Below are positions 7,232 through 14,264 of a stretch of DNA of 27,866 bases, piece after piece. How positions within the stretch are numbered: position 1 is the stretch's first letter; every line of letters begins with the position of its first letter. A program made the position numbers and the translations under genes. The notes below the pieces were generated by a model. That model ran no database searches, had not been told where the DNA came from, and worked only from the letters and a program-made list of their open reading frames with translations. The stretch spans positions 1-27,866 of the IMG/VR virus record IMGVR_UViG_3300008262_000828; one strand, 5' to 3'. This DNA comes from a virus (taxonomy: Duplodnaviria; Caudoviricetes).

Positions 7232-7316
7232 GGGAAGGTAAAGCCGGTGGCTCCGGCAGTCAGACTGTAAATCTGATCCGTTCGCGGGGGAGGATCGATA
7301 CCTCACTTTCCCACCA
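7232..7316 (+). tRNA. tRNA-Tyr(GTA)
   Basis: GGGAAGG/CTTTCCC, CT-GTA-AA, variable arm, CCA; atypical D and T arms. Confidence 0.85.
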
Positions 7317-7323
7317 CTTTTAT

Positions 7324-7399
7324 TGCCCCTTGGTGTAATTGGCAACACGTCTGATTTTGATTCAGAAGAGTTCAGGTTCGATCCCTGGAGGGGCATCCA
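7324..7399 (+). tRNA. tRNA-Gln(TTG)
   Basis: TGCCCCT/AGGGGCA (U1-A72), TT-TTG-AT, CCA. Confidence 0.95.
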
Positions 7400-7415
7400 T
7401 TATAAAGGATATATT

Positions 7416-7568
7416 ATGAGTAAGCTTTTGGAAGATTCTCCGTATTTCGATGAACTAGTTAACGGTGACGTCGGATCCCTGCAGAACGCATTGTTTGAAG
7501 CAGATATGGATGAAGAAGCGAATATTATTGAACAAATTATGTGGAAATTAGTTGATAGTCGACTATAA
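7416..7568 (+). CDS. Hypothetical acidic protein (50 aa)
   Basis: AAGGA RBS before ATG 7416. Confidence 0.7.
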   Translation: MSKLLEDSPYFDELVNGDVGSLQNALFEADMDEEANIIEQIMWKLVDSRL

Positions 7569-7592
7569 CTTGTATATATAGTAGGCCAATAA

Positions 7593-7670
7593 CGGGGATT
7601 AGCACAGTCTGGTCAGCGCGCCTGCTTTGGGAGCAGGAGGTCGTAGGTTCGAATCCTACATTCCCGACCA
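7593..7670 (+). tRNA. tRNA-Pro(TGG)
   Basis: CGGGGAT/ATTCCCG, TT-TGG-GA, CCA. Confidence 0.95.
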
Positions 7671-7674
7671 TTTC

Positions 7675-7745
7675 GCCCTTATAGCTCAGTTGGTAGAGCA
7701 CTGATGCTTCGGGTCAGAGGTGACTTCGCACAACTCGCGGGTCTG
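7675..7745 (+). pseudogene. tRNA-Thr-like 5' half fused to non-tRNA sequence
   Basis: GCCCTTATAGCTCAGTTGGTAGAGCA is followed by a CTGA/TCAG stem with a CTTCGG loop; no T-loop, acceptor 3' strand or CCA. Confidence 0.65.
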
Positions 7746-7767
7746 ATAAATGAGTAGCAGAATTAAT

Positions 7768-7841
7768 GCGGGCGTGGCGTAGTGGTAACGTGACTGGCTT
7801 CCACCCAGTAGTTGAGAGTTCGATTCTCTCCGTCCGCACCA
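7768..7841 (+). tRNA. tRNA-Gly(TCC)
   Basis: GCGGGCG/CGTCCGC, CT-TCC-AC, CCA; A73. Confidence 0.93.
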
Positions 7842-7847
7842 GAATAT

Positions 7848-7922
7848 GGCACAGTAGCTCAGTGGTAGAGCGACGGTCTCATACGCCGTTAGCCGGTGGT
7901 TCGAATCCATCCTGTGTCACCA
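7848..7922 (+). tRNA. tRNA-Met(CAT), elongator type
   Basis: GGCACAG/CTGTGTC, CT-CAT-AC, CCA. Confidence 0.92.
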
Positions 7923-8069
7923 TTTGGGAATGTGAATATAAGAAGCGAATCTGCAGAATGTGTGATGTATGTGCCCGATACACCTTTGAATCGTGCGGCG
8001 TTTACAGATGAAACCGTTTTAGCAGAGATATACAAAGTTTCGAATATTAAAATTGTGTTTAAAGATATT

Positions 8070-8145
8070 GGGGGATTAGCTCAGCTGGGAGAGCGTCTGC
8101 CTTGCACGCAGAAGGTCAACGGTTCGATCCCGTTATCCTCCACCA
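8070..8145 (+). tRNA. tRNA-Ala(TGC)
   Basis: GGGGGAT/ATCCTCC with G3:U70, CT-TGC-AC, CCA. Confidence 0.96.
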
Positions 8146-8150
8146 ATATA

Positions 8151-8280
8151 GACCACCTCTGCTGAACCCCGCAGCGAAAGCACTAGAGAAGGTGATAGCA
8201 CTTGCTGTTGCAACAGTAAAGACTATCTGGGAAGATTGCAACGTCCGGAAGTAAGCAATCAAGGCACACTGCAGGTGGTC
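8151..8280 (+). ncRNA. Putative multibranch structured RNA (about 130 nt)
   Basis: Closing stem GACCACCT/AGGTGGTC; arms GCTG/CAGC, GATAG..CTATC and GATTGC/GCAATC. Confidence 0.6.
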
Positions 8281-8289
8281 ACTTATAAT

Positions 8290-8365
8290 GCCTTTGTAGC
8301 TCAGTTGGTAGAGCAGTGGATTGAAGATCCACGTGTCGGGAGTTCGAATCTCTCCAAAGGCACCA
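8290..8365 (+). tRNA. tRNA-Phe(GAA)
   Basis: GCCTTTG/CAAAGGC, TT-GAA-GA, CCA. Confidence 0.95.
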
Positions 8366-8366
8366 T

Positions 8367-8450
8367 GCGGATGTGGCGGAATGGTAGACGCCCTGGTTTT
8401 AGGTACCAGTGACTTCGGTCGTGGGGGTTCGAGTCCCTTCATCCGTACCA
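8367..8450 (+). tRNA. tRNA-Leu(TAG)
   Basis: GCGGATG/CATCCGT, TT-TAG-GT, variable arm, CCA. Confidence 0.95.
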
Positions 8451-8457
8451 GTTTAAT

Positions 8458-8532
8458 GCCGGATTAGCTCAGCGGTAGAGCGTCTCGTTTACACCGAGAG
8501 GGTCGGCGGTTCAATCCCGTCATCCGGTACCA
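8458..8532 (+). tRNA. tRNA-Val(TAC)
   Basis: GCCGGAT/ATCCGGT, TT-TAC-AC, CCA. Confidence 0.95.
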
Positions 8533-8537
8533 TTTAT

Positions 8538-8614
8538 GCCCTCGTAGCTCAACTGGATAGAGCTCTTGATTACGAATCAAAAGGTTGCAGGCTCGAATCC
8601 TGCCGAGGGCTCCA
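8538..8614 (+). tRNA. tRNA-Arg(ACG)
   Basis: GCCCTCG/CGAGGGC, TT-ACG-AA, CCA; T-loop CTCGAAT. Confidence 0.92.
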
Positions 8615-8626
8615 GATATATAAAGT

Positions 8627-9154
8627 ATGTTTAAAGAAGATATCACAATCCTTAATGATGTGTTGACTCGCGAAGAGTGTCAAGACTTGATTCGTTTCTA
8701 CGAGTCGAGTCCGATTCTTCATGGTCAAGGCTATAACTATGTTTTCAAAACTGTAGTTTCACGTCATGATCGTCAACCATATGATGACTATATCAAAAGC
8801 ATTTTAACAAAAGTGCTTACACCGATTGACGAGAACTTCTTAGTGCAAAGAGCACAAATTGAGTGTAGATCTCCGAACACTGAACACGTGGCTCACTTTG
8901 ATGAGAGAGCTGGAGACTTTGGATCGTTTACAACCGTTTTGTATTTGAATGATACATACTCAGGTGGAAACACGTACATCGAATCAGAAGAGCCAGTAAG
9001 TGTTCAACCAAAATGCGGAAGAATGGTTGGCTTCAATGGACATAAACTAAAGCATGGTGTCAGTATGATTGCACATGATCATCGATACACACTATCAATT
9101 TGGTATGTCCTTAAACCGGCAGATTATCCAATAAAAGCGCTTTGGTGGAAATAA
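8627..9154 (+). CDS. 2OG-Fe(II) oxygenase (prolyl-hydroxylase-like)
   Basis: HFD...VLYLND.Y.GG.T...P..G..V.F...H.V...RY. Confidence 0.88.
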   Translation: MFKEDITILNDVLTREECQDLIRFYESSPILHGQGYNYVFKTVVSRHDRQPYDDYIKSILTKVLTPIDENFLVQRAQIECRSPNTEHVAHFDERAGDFGSFTTVLYLNDTYSGGNTYIESEEPVSVQPKCGRMVGFNGHKLKHGVSMIAHDHRYTLSIWYVLKPADYPIKALWWK

Positions 9155-9158
9155 ACGG

Positions 9159-9187
9159 TGTACAAATTATGTAAACTGTAGTAGATT
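9159..9187 (+). promoter_or_regulatory. Early-type promoter
   Basis: TGTACA-17-TAGATT followed by GAATAATAAGAAATGGAG. Confidence 0.6.
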
Positions 9188-9211
9188 GAATAATAAGAAA
9201 TGGAGATTATA

Positions 9212-9463
9212 ATGACTAATTCTGATTATTTGACTATGGCTGAAAATCGTTTCGCATCAGTTCAGCGCTATTTTCCTAACTCTTCTGAGTTTAATCGGTT
9301 GTTTAATATCATTCTTGATATGACAAACAAGATGACGGTTGAAGAGCGTGATCAGCATAATGCAAAGAAGATTGAAACGCCTGCTGCGAAAGCAGCTCGT
9401 TTGAAAGAAGAACAGCGTGTACTTGATCAGATGGCAATGAACAAAGATAGCAATAGTATATAA
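9212..9463 (+). CDS. Hypothetical protein
   Basis: GGAG RBS before ATG 9212. Confidence 0.78.
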   Translation: MTNSDYLTMAENRFASVQRYFPNSSEFNRLFNIILDMTNKMTVEERDQHNAKKIETPAAKAARLKEEQRVLDQMAMNKDSNSI

Positions 9464-9466
9464 ATA
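9459..9466 (+). promoter_or_regulatory. T4 late promoter
   Basis: Exact TATAAATA, 9 nt upstream of tRNA-Asn. Confidence 0.7.
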
Positions 9467-9475
9467 AAGAGTTAT

Positions 9476-9550
9476 TCCTCAATAGCTCAGCGGTAGAGCC
9501 GGCGACTGTTAATCGCCTGGTCGGTGGTTCGAATCCATCTTGAGGAGCCA
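9476..9550 (+). tRNA. tRNA-Asn(GTT)
   Basis: TCCTCAA/TTGAGGA, CT-GTT-AA, G73, CCA. Confidence 0.95.
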
Positions 9551-9552
9551 GT

Positions 9553-9665
9553 TTGAATGTGATGGAAGTTCCTGTGGCGACCAAGCGATTTGGGGGAAGA
9601 TAGGAACGTAAAGAGCGAAATTACCGACTGTAGCGTGTCGACACCTCAGTAGCCATTACATTCAA
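9553..9665 (+). ncRNA. Putative multibranch structured RNA
   Basis: 13-bp closing stem TTGAATGTGATGG/CCATTACATTCAA; arms GTTCCT/AGGAAC, GTAA/TTAC and CGAC/GTCG. Confidence 0.6.
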
Positions 9666-9719
9666 TAGACCTCGGTATGTCTTAAACTGCCGACCTCAAC
9701 AACAATAAAAGGTAAATGT

Positions 9720-10196
9720 ATGAAAAAGTATCTCGCTCCTCTTGCTGTTGCGGCAGCGTTTGTAGCTACTCCAGCTATGGCAAATGACTTTGCTGGTGTA
9801 CGCGCAGAAGTTACTGCAGGTTTAGATGATGTTACTGGTGGAGTTGATCCGACTGACGTAGCATATGGTGCTGGTGTTGGTCTTGATGCAAAGCTTTACA
9901 AGAACGTCGTTGTTGGCGTTGAAGCTACGCTTGACAATGTCTTTGATCGTCGCAACATTGGTGCCGCAGCTCGTCTCGGTTTCGTAGTTGCCGATAAGGC
10001 ACTTGTATATGGCAAGGTTGGCTATGCCAACTGGAAGCAAACCACGACTGCTGAACTTGAAGGTCTCCGCGTAGGCGGTGGCGTTGAAGCCAACCTTTAT
10101 GGTCCAGTCTATGGTAAGATCGAATACCGTTACACCGATTTTGATGGTGGCGTTGGCCAGCATGGTGGTCTTGTAGGACTCGGTGTAAGGTTCTAA
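9720..10196 (+). CDS. Outer-membrane beta-barrel protein (8-strand, alphaproteobacterial Omp25/RopB-like)
   Basis: Sec signal ending PAMA; alternating strands, ARLG, LVYGKVGYAN, GGGVE, KIEYRY; C-terminal GVRF. Confidence 0.9.
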   Translation: MKKYLAPLAVAAAFVATPAMANDFAGVRAEVTAGLDDVTGGVDPTDVAYGAGVGLDAKLYKNVVVGVEATLDNVFDRRNIGAAARLGFVVADKALVYGKVGYANWKQTTTAELEGLRVGGGVEANLYGPVYGKIEYRYTDFDGGVGQHGGLVGLGVRF

Positions 10197-10203
10197 TATA
10201 AGT

Positions 10204-10470
10204 TTTGCTCTTGATCTGGGACACGGTAGTCCGTGCAATTAGACTAAGATCCGGCCATTGAGGGCTGGTACGTGGGGGCGGATCCCACAGAGCAAATAGA
10301 TATCTGGGTCGACGGACCTGGTAAGAAGTGTGACTGAATAATCCCCTTGTCAGTGGGGATAAAGTAGACTCGGGGATTGGTCTCCCGCTCAACCGGCAAA
10401 CGAGTCGTAGGCTGAGATTACAGATAGTAATTGACTGGGCCTTGGAGGTACAACTGAATCCTCCCACTTC
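10204..10470 (+). ncRNA. Putative large structured RNA (two domains)
   Basis: GC-rich intergenic region with stems TTTGCTCT/AGAGCAAA and GAAGTG/CACTTC enclosing at least eight hairpins. Confidence 0.65.
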
Positions 10471-10493
10471 GCCTTTATTCATGGAATTTAGTT

Positions 10494-10643
10494 ATGTGGC
10501 GTATTTGGGCAAAAGCTTTAGGCGAAAAAGCAACTTCATGTGATCGCGAGTCTGATAAAGTCGCTTGGATCCGGACGTTGATTATTGTACAATCCGTCAT
10601 AGCAAACATTTTTCTGATTGCAAATGCAATCCATCATTGGTAA
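10494..10643 (+). CDS. Small membrane protein conserved in T4-like phages (not in ORF track)
   Basis: MWRIWAKALGEKA...D.VA.IRT...N.F....HHW, a pattern I recognise from aquatic T4-like phages. Confidence 0.8.
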   Translation: MWRIWAKALGEKATSCDRESDKVAWIRTLIIVQSVIANIFLIANAIHHW

Positions 10644-10653
10644 GGAATATATT

Positions 10654-11244
10654 ATGGCAGAAACAATTGCTGTTAAACGTTATTGGCACAAGTTTAAAGA
10701 TGGCGAGTTTAGCGAACTGCCAGAAGTAGTGCCAAATATCGTATTTAAAACTCGTGTCCGCGACGATTCTATCGAAGGATCGAATCCGTATCGTTGGGAA
10801 GATAAGACAACGTTCGACTACTTCGCGAAGAAGCGTGTAGTACTCTTCTCACTTCCTGGTGCTTTCACGCCTACATGTTCGACGTATCAGCTTCCTGGTT
10901 TTGAAGAAAACTTCAAGGCTTTCAAGGATCTTGGCATTGACGACATCGTCTGTGTATCGGTCAACGATGCATTCGTGATGAATTGTTGGGCGAAGCAACA
11001 GAAGATTAAGAAGGTAAAGATGATTCCTGACGGATCTGCTAAGTTTACTCGTGATATGCAGATGAACGTCTACAAGGAAAACCTTGGCTTCGGTGAACGT
11101 TCATGGCGTTATGCTTGTATCGTCAATAACGGTAAGATCGAGAAGTGGTTCGTCGAACCAGGTTTTGAAGATAACTGCGAGACAGATCCTTATGATGAAA
11201 CTACTCCAGAAAACATCTTAAATTGGCTGAAAGAAAATGGATAA
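10654..11244 (+). CDS. Peroxiredoxin (Prx5/redoxin family)
   Basis: LFSLPGAFTPTCS, SVNDAFVM..W, GFGERSWRY; AAGGA RBS. Confidence 0.95.
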   Translation: MAETIAVKRYWHKFKDGEFSELPEVVPNIVFKTRVRDDSIEGSNPYRWEDKTTFDYFAKKRVVLFSLPGAFTPTCSTYQLPGFEENFKAFKDLGIDDIVCVSVNDAFVMNCWAKQQKIKKVKMIPDGSAKFTRDMQMNVYKENLGFGERSWRYACIVNNGKIEKWFVEPGFEDNCETDPYDETTPENILNWLKENG

Positions 11245-11410
11245 GAAGAAGGTCGTTGCTGGAGTTGCAGGCGTAGCAGTCGTAGGAATCCTTTCCTACC
11301 TCGGCTATCGTGTTGTCAAGGAACTCAACGAACTCGATATCGATTTCTTCGGAGAAAATATCGAAGAATCATATTATCAGAGGTATCCAAAGAAAAATGG
11401 CGACGAATAG
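11237..11410 (+). CDS. Small N-anchored membrane protein (57 aa; not in ORF track)
   Basis: MDKKK followed by a hydrophobic helix and acidic tail; overlaps both neighbours. Confidence 0.7.
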   Translation: MDKKKVVAGVAGVAVVGILSYLGYRVVKELNELDIDFFGENIEESYYQRYPKKNGDE

Positions 11411-11849
11411 AGCTACGACTCGTGTAATGAATCGCTCATGTGGTGATTGCACCGCATGTTGTGAGGGGTGGCAAAGCGCGAATATCGAGGGACATGAAAT
11501 GTTCCCCGGTCGCCCTTGCCACTTCCTCGGAAAAGCTTGTACTATCTACGAGTTTCGACCTTCGACTTGTAAGAATTATTTTTGCTCGTGGATGCTAGAC
11601 AGTAACAAGGTATTTCCAGAATGGTTTCGACCAGATCTGTCAGGCGTGATCCTAACACATCGAGACTGGCAAGGTGGAACGTATCTTGAGGTACGAGAAG
11701 CTGGTAAAGAAATAACTCCGAGCGTCTTATCGTGGATCTATGAATATGGCGCTCGTCATAACATGTATCTACGAGTTCAGGTCAAAGGAACGTGGCACAG
11801 CCACGGCGACCAAAGCTTTGCAGAAAGTTTTAACACGGAAGATCGCTGA
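11397..11849 (+). CDS. CxxCxxCC cysteine-cluster protein (YkgJ/UPF0153-like)
   Basis: CGDCTACC...CHFL..CTIY..RP..C..Y.C.W. Confidence 0.85.
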   Translation: MATNRATTRVMNRSCGDCTACCEGWQSANIEGHEMFPGRPCHFLGKACTIYEFRPSTCKNYFCSWMLDSNKVFPEWFRPDLSGVILTHRDWQGGTYLEVREAGKEITPSVLSWIYEYGARHNMYLRVQVKGTWHSHGDQSFAESFNTEDR

Positions 11850-11851
11850 TC

Positions 11852-11891
11852 AAAAAAAAACGCACTCGAGTGATTTTGAGTGCGTTTTTTT
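11852..11891 (+). terminator. Stem-loop/terminator (possibly bidirectional) fused to an early promoter
   Basis: A-tract-CGCACTC-loop-GAGTGCG-T-tract. Confidence 0.8.
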
Positions 11892-11903
11892 GTGTTTTAA
11901 GCA

Positions 11904-11943
11904 TGTACATTATTTCGAAAACAATATAAGGTGGACCTATAAT
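11904..11943 (+). promoter_or_regulatory. Early promoter, second subtype
   Basis: TGTACA-17-TAAGGT followed by GGACCTATAAT; repeated at 21474. Confidence 0.7.
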
Positions 11944-11960
11944 AAAGAAGGAAACAAAAA

Positions 11961-12296
11961 ATGATTAAGGTTTACCAGATCGCTCTTACCGACGCCGAAG
12001 TTGACATGATCAATAGCGGTGAAACTAGCGACCGCATCAAGGCTTACTTCGATCGTAGTTTCGATGGTACTTTCAAAGCTGAAAATTTTCAGTACTACAC
12101 TCACGTTGCTACTGTTGATACCAATGACATGGAAAAAGCTTTTGAGTATATGAACCTTTGGAATAGCGATAAGGTCCAAAAGGTTACTCGCCTCGTTTCT
12201 TCGATGTCGGTCGGTGACATCCTCGAATATAACGGTCAGCTTTATCGCTGCGCTTCGTTTGGCTTTGCTCTGTTGGAGAATTATCAGCGTGACTAA
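11961..12296 (+). CDS. Hypothetical protein with SMSVGD (YodL-like) motif
   Basis: IKVYQ...Y.HVA.V...E.AF...N...SMSVGDI...GF. Confidence 0.75.
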   Translation: MIKVYQIALTDAEVDMINSGETSDRIKAYFDRSFDGTFKAENFQYYTHVATVDTNDMEKAFEYMNLWNSDKVQKVTRLVSSMSVGDILEYNGQLYRCASFGFALLENYQRD

Positions 12297-12504
12297 TTTC
12301 CTCGAAACCATCAAGTGGATTGGCACACTCTGCGTCATTATCGCCGCATCGTGCCGAGCCTTTGAGTTCCATACGATAGATCTTATTCTCTCGATCTTCG
12401 GCGCAGGCCTTTGGGCTTATGTAGCCGTAGTTGCCAAAGATAAGGCTCTGTTCGTCGTAAATGCCTTTATCGTTACCATTCTTTTTGTAGGAGTTATTAT
12501 ATGA
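12289..12504 (+). CDS. Small 3-TM membrane protein
   Basis: GTG start with GGAG RBS; IKWIGT...LW...D..L..VN. Confidence 0.75.
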   Translation: MTNFLETIKWIGTLCVIIAASCRAFEFHTIDLILSIFGAGLWAYVAVVAKDKALFVVNAFIVTILFVGVII

Positions 12505-12647
12505 AACCAGATCGAGTACTTGCCCGTCGTTTGAAGAACGTTCTTGTTGCATCTCAGCGTGCCGAGAACCCCGAGTTTAAAGCGATGTGGTTGAAGAAGT
12601 TCGACGAATTGTTTTTGAATGCCGACCAGCTCTTCTTGAAGAGCTGA
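12501..12647 (+). CDS. Hypothetical protein (48 aa; not in ORF track)
   Basis: AGGAG RBS, ATGA overlap; A.NPEFK.MW..K. Confidence 0.7.
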   Translation: MKPDRVLARRLKNVLVASQRAENPEFKAMWLKKFDELFLNADQLFLKS

Positions 12648-12682
12648 TAAATAACCTCAGTATCAAACACGTGAGGTGAATT

Positions 12683-13576
12683 TTGTCGAGTATGAAGCAG
12701 ATGCCGATTGAGGACGTCGAGAAGATCTTTCGAAAACTTATTGTCGAACGAGAGACACCAAACGGAGTCGTCAGTCCAGATTTTGATCTCTTTCTGACCA
12801 CACACTACAGTGAAGTGCTGCTGTACAAAGACTTCGAGAAGCTACTCGAACTGGCAAAGCACTATGGTCTGAAGACTTTCATTCTGAGCAACGGTGTCAA
12901 TCTGACTCCTGATAAACTCGATATCATCAACAAGTATACTCCTTCTGTCATTCAAGAAATCGCACTGAACATTCCTGCATATGAAAATGCAGAAGTCTGG
13001 TCGAAGAGATCAGGATTTCCTGCCAAGCGATTCGATGATATGATGGAGAATCTTGAAAACCTGCATAATCATGCCGTAACTCGCAAACTTGCAGGAAGAG
13101 TGAAGCTTATCGTCAACGGTGTCAACGAACTCTCATTTAAGACAGGATCTTTGAAGAAAGGCCCGAAGTTTGAAGAGCTTGGCATCGATCTCGACTTACA
13201 GACTGGAGAGCATCAGAGGCAAGTAGATATTGCCACGAAACTGTTCCCTAAGTTTGATATAGAAAAGTCTGATCTGATTGATCGTACCGGTCTTATCGCT
13301 CAGTATATTACTGAAGAAGACTACATGAAAGATCGTATGAAGAATCGTACTGTCGTAGGTTGTCAAAACTGGGGTGATCGCAACTATGAGTGGCTGAGTA
13401 TCAACTCGAGTGGAGATGCCATTCTCTGTTGCAATGACTATAACTTCGACTATATTTTTGGTAATGTTCTTGAACAAGAACTCTCCGAGATGTGGTTGAG
13501 TGATAAGCACGTCGAGACCATCGACAGAGCATATAATAACATTTGTACGAAGTGTAGCGCCTCAGTTACGAAGTAG
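12683..13576 (+). CDS. Radical SAM/SPASM-type protein lacking the CxxxCxxC motif
   Basis: M..E..EKI, E.LL...F, LSNG..L and C-terminal C...IN..G...LCC.D...GN......E.W...C..C; no Cys in the N-terminal region. Confidence 0.75.
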   Translation: MSSMKQMPIEDVEKIFRKLIVERETPNGVVSPDFDLFLTTHYSEVLLYKDFEKLLELAKHYGLKTFILSNGVNLTPDKLDIINKYTPSVIQEIALNIPAYENAEVWSKRSGFPAKRFDDMMENLENLHNHAVTRKLAGRVKLIVNGVNELSFKTGSLKKGPKFEELGIDLDLQTGEHQRQVDIATKLFPKFDIEKSDLIDRTGLIAQYITEEDYMKDRMKNRTVVGCQNWGDRNYEWLSINSSGDAILCCNDYNFDYIFGNVLEQELSEMWLSDKHVETIDRAYNNICTKCSASVTK

Positions 13577-13584
13577 TATAAATA
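13577..13584 (+). promoter_or_regulatory. T4 late promoter of the curli/cyclase operon
   Basis: Exact TATAAATA, 5 nt before ATG 13590. Confidence 0.8.
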
Positions 13585-13589
13585 GTTGT

Positions 13590-13877
13590 ATGAACTACGA
13601 CGCTATTTTTAAATTGATTGCTGATGTCGGATTCCCTATCGCAGCTGCGCTGATTGCTGGGGTTTTTGTTTACTTCGTCATTAATTATATTTTAGAAAGT
13701 GTTGTGAAAGCCATTAAGGGTATGCAAGGTATTATCATGGGACTCGACAATCGAGTTCGAACGATGAACCATGACATTATCCGAATGGATGCGGTTGTAA
13801 GTTCGGCACTAGGACTGAAACCGGATCTGGATCGTATCGCTCGAGCCGACGGGAAGAACGATGCGAGAAAAGATTAA
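13590..13877 (+). CDS. Small single-TM protein, YvrJ/holin-like
   Basis: IADVGFPIAAA-TM followed by an amphipathic/coiled-coil tail LDNRVRTMNHDIIR. Confidence 0.75.
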   Translation: MNYDAIFKLIADVGFPIAAALIAGVFVYFVINYILESVVKAIKGMQGIIMGLDNRVRTMNHDIIRMDAVVSSALGLKPDLDRIARADGKNDARKD

Positions 13878-14140
13878 TGGATTTAAATACGGTTGCTGAA
13901 CTTGTAAAACAATATGGTTTTCCTATTGTCTCCTCGGTGGGTATGGGATATTTTGTATGGTTTATCTACAAGTTCGTTACAGATAAATTAATGCCATTGA
14001 TTGGTGAGACAAACGCTATTTTGATTGCTCTCATTGATCGTGTTCGCATGCTTGATAATGATATGATTCGGTTACAACAGAAGGTGAGTGTAGTATTGCA
14101 GATAAAGGAAGATCACGATGAATATAAATCTAAAGATTGA
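13877..14140 (+). CDS. Small single-TM protein, paralogue of the preceding gene
   Basis: VKQYGFPIV-TM...LIDRVRMLDNDMIR; TAATG coupling. Confidence 0.75.
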   Translation: MDLNTVAELVKQYGFPIVSSVGMGYFVWFIYKFVTDKLMPLIGETNAILIALIDRVRMLDNDMIRLQQKVSVVLQIKEDHDEYKSKD

Positions 14141-14264
14141 AATCATTAAGATCTTCTCGCTTGAGTTTAGTCTTTCTTCTGAAAAGAAAAAGGAAGAAGA
14201 AAGTGTCGAAGAAACTAGCAATATTGACGTTATTGATATGCTTCAGCGCGCCGGCAAAAGCTGA
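14118..14264 (+). CDS. Possible short bridging ORF (48 aa)
   Basis: AAGGA RBS; MNINLKIEIIKIFSLEFSLSSEKKKEEE...; spans the gap before csgF. Confidence 0.4.
   Translation: MNINLKIEIIKIFSLEFSLSSEKKKEEESVEETSNIDVIDMLQRAGKS

Noticed and set aside
7923-8069. Possible gene between tRNA-Met and tRNA-Ala
   Set aside because: The frame has no convincing start or RBS and runs into tRNA-Ala; at most a gene remnant.
10204-10470. RNase P RNA or tmRNA
   Set aside because: No GAGGAAAGUCC or ACAGAA-CGGC P4 strands, no tRNA-like ends with a T-loop and CCA, and no ANDN-type tag frame seen.
9822-10482. Minus-strand ORFs of 138 and 185 aa
   Set aside because: Antisense to the OMP gene and the structured RNA; no motifs or RBS.
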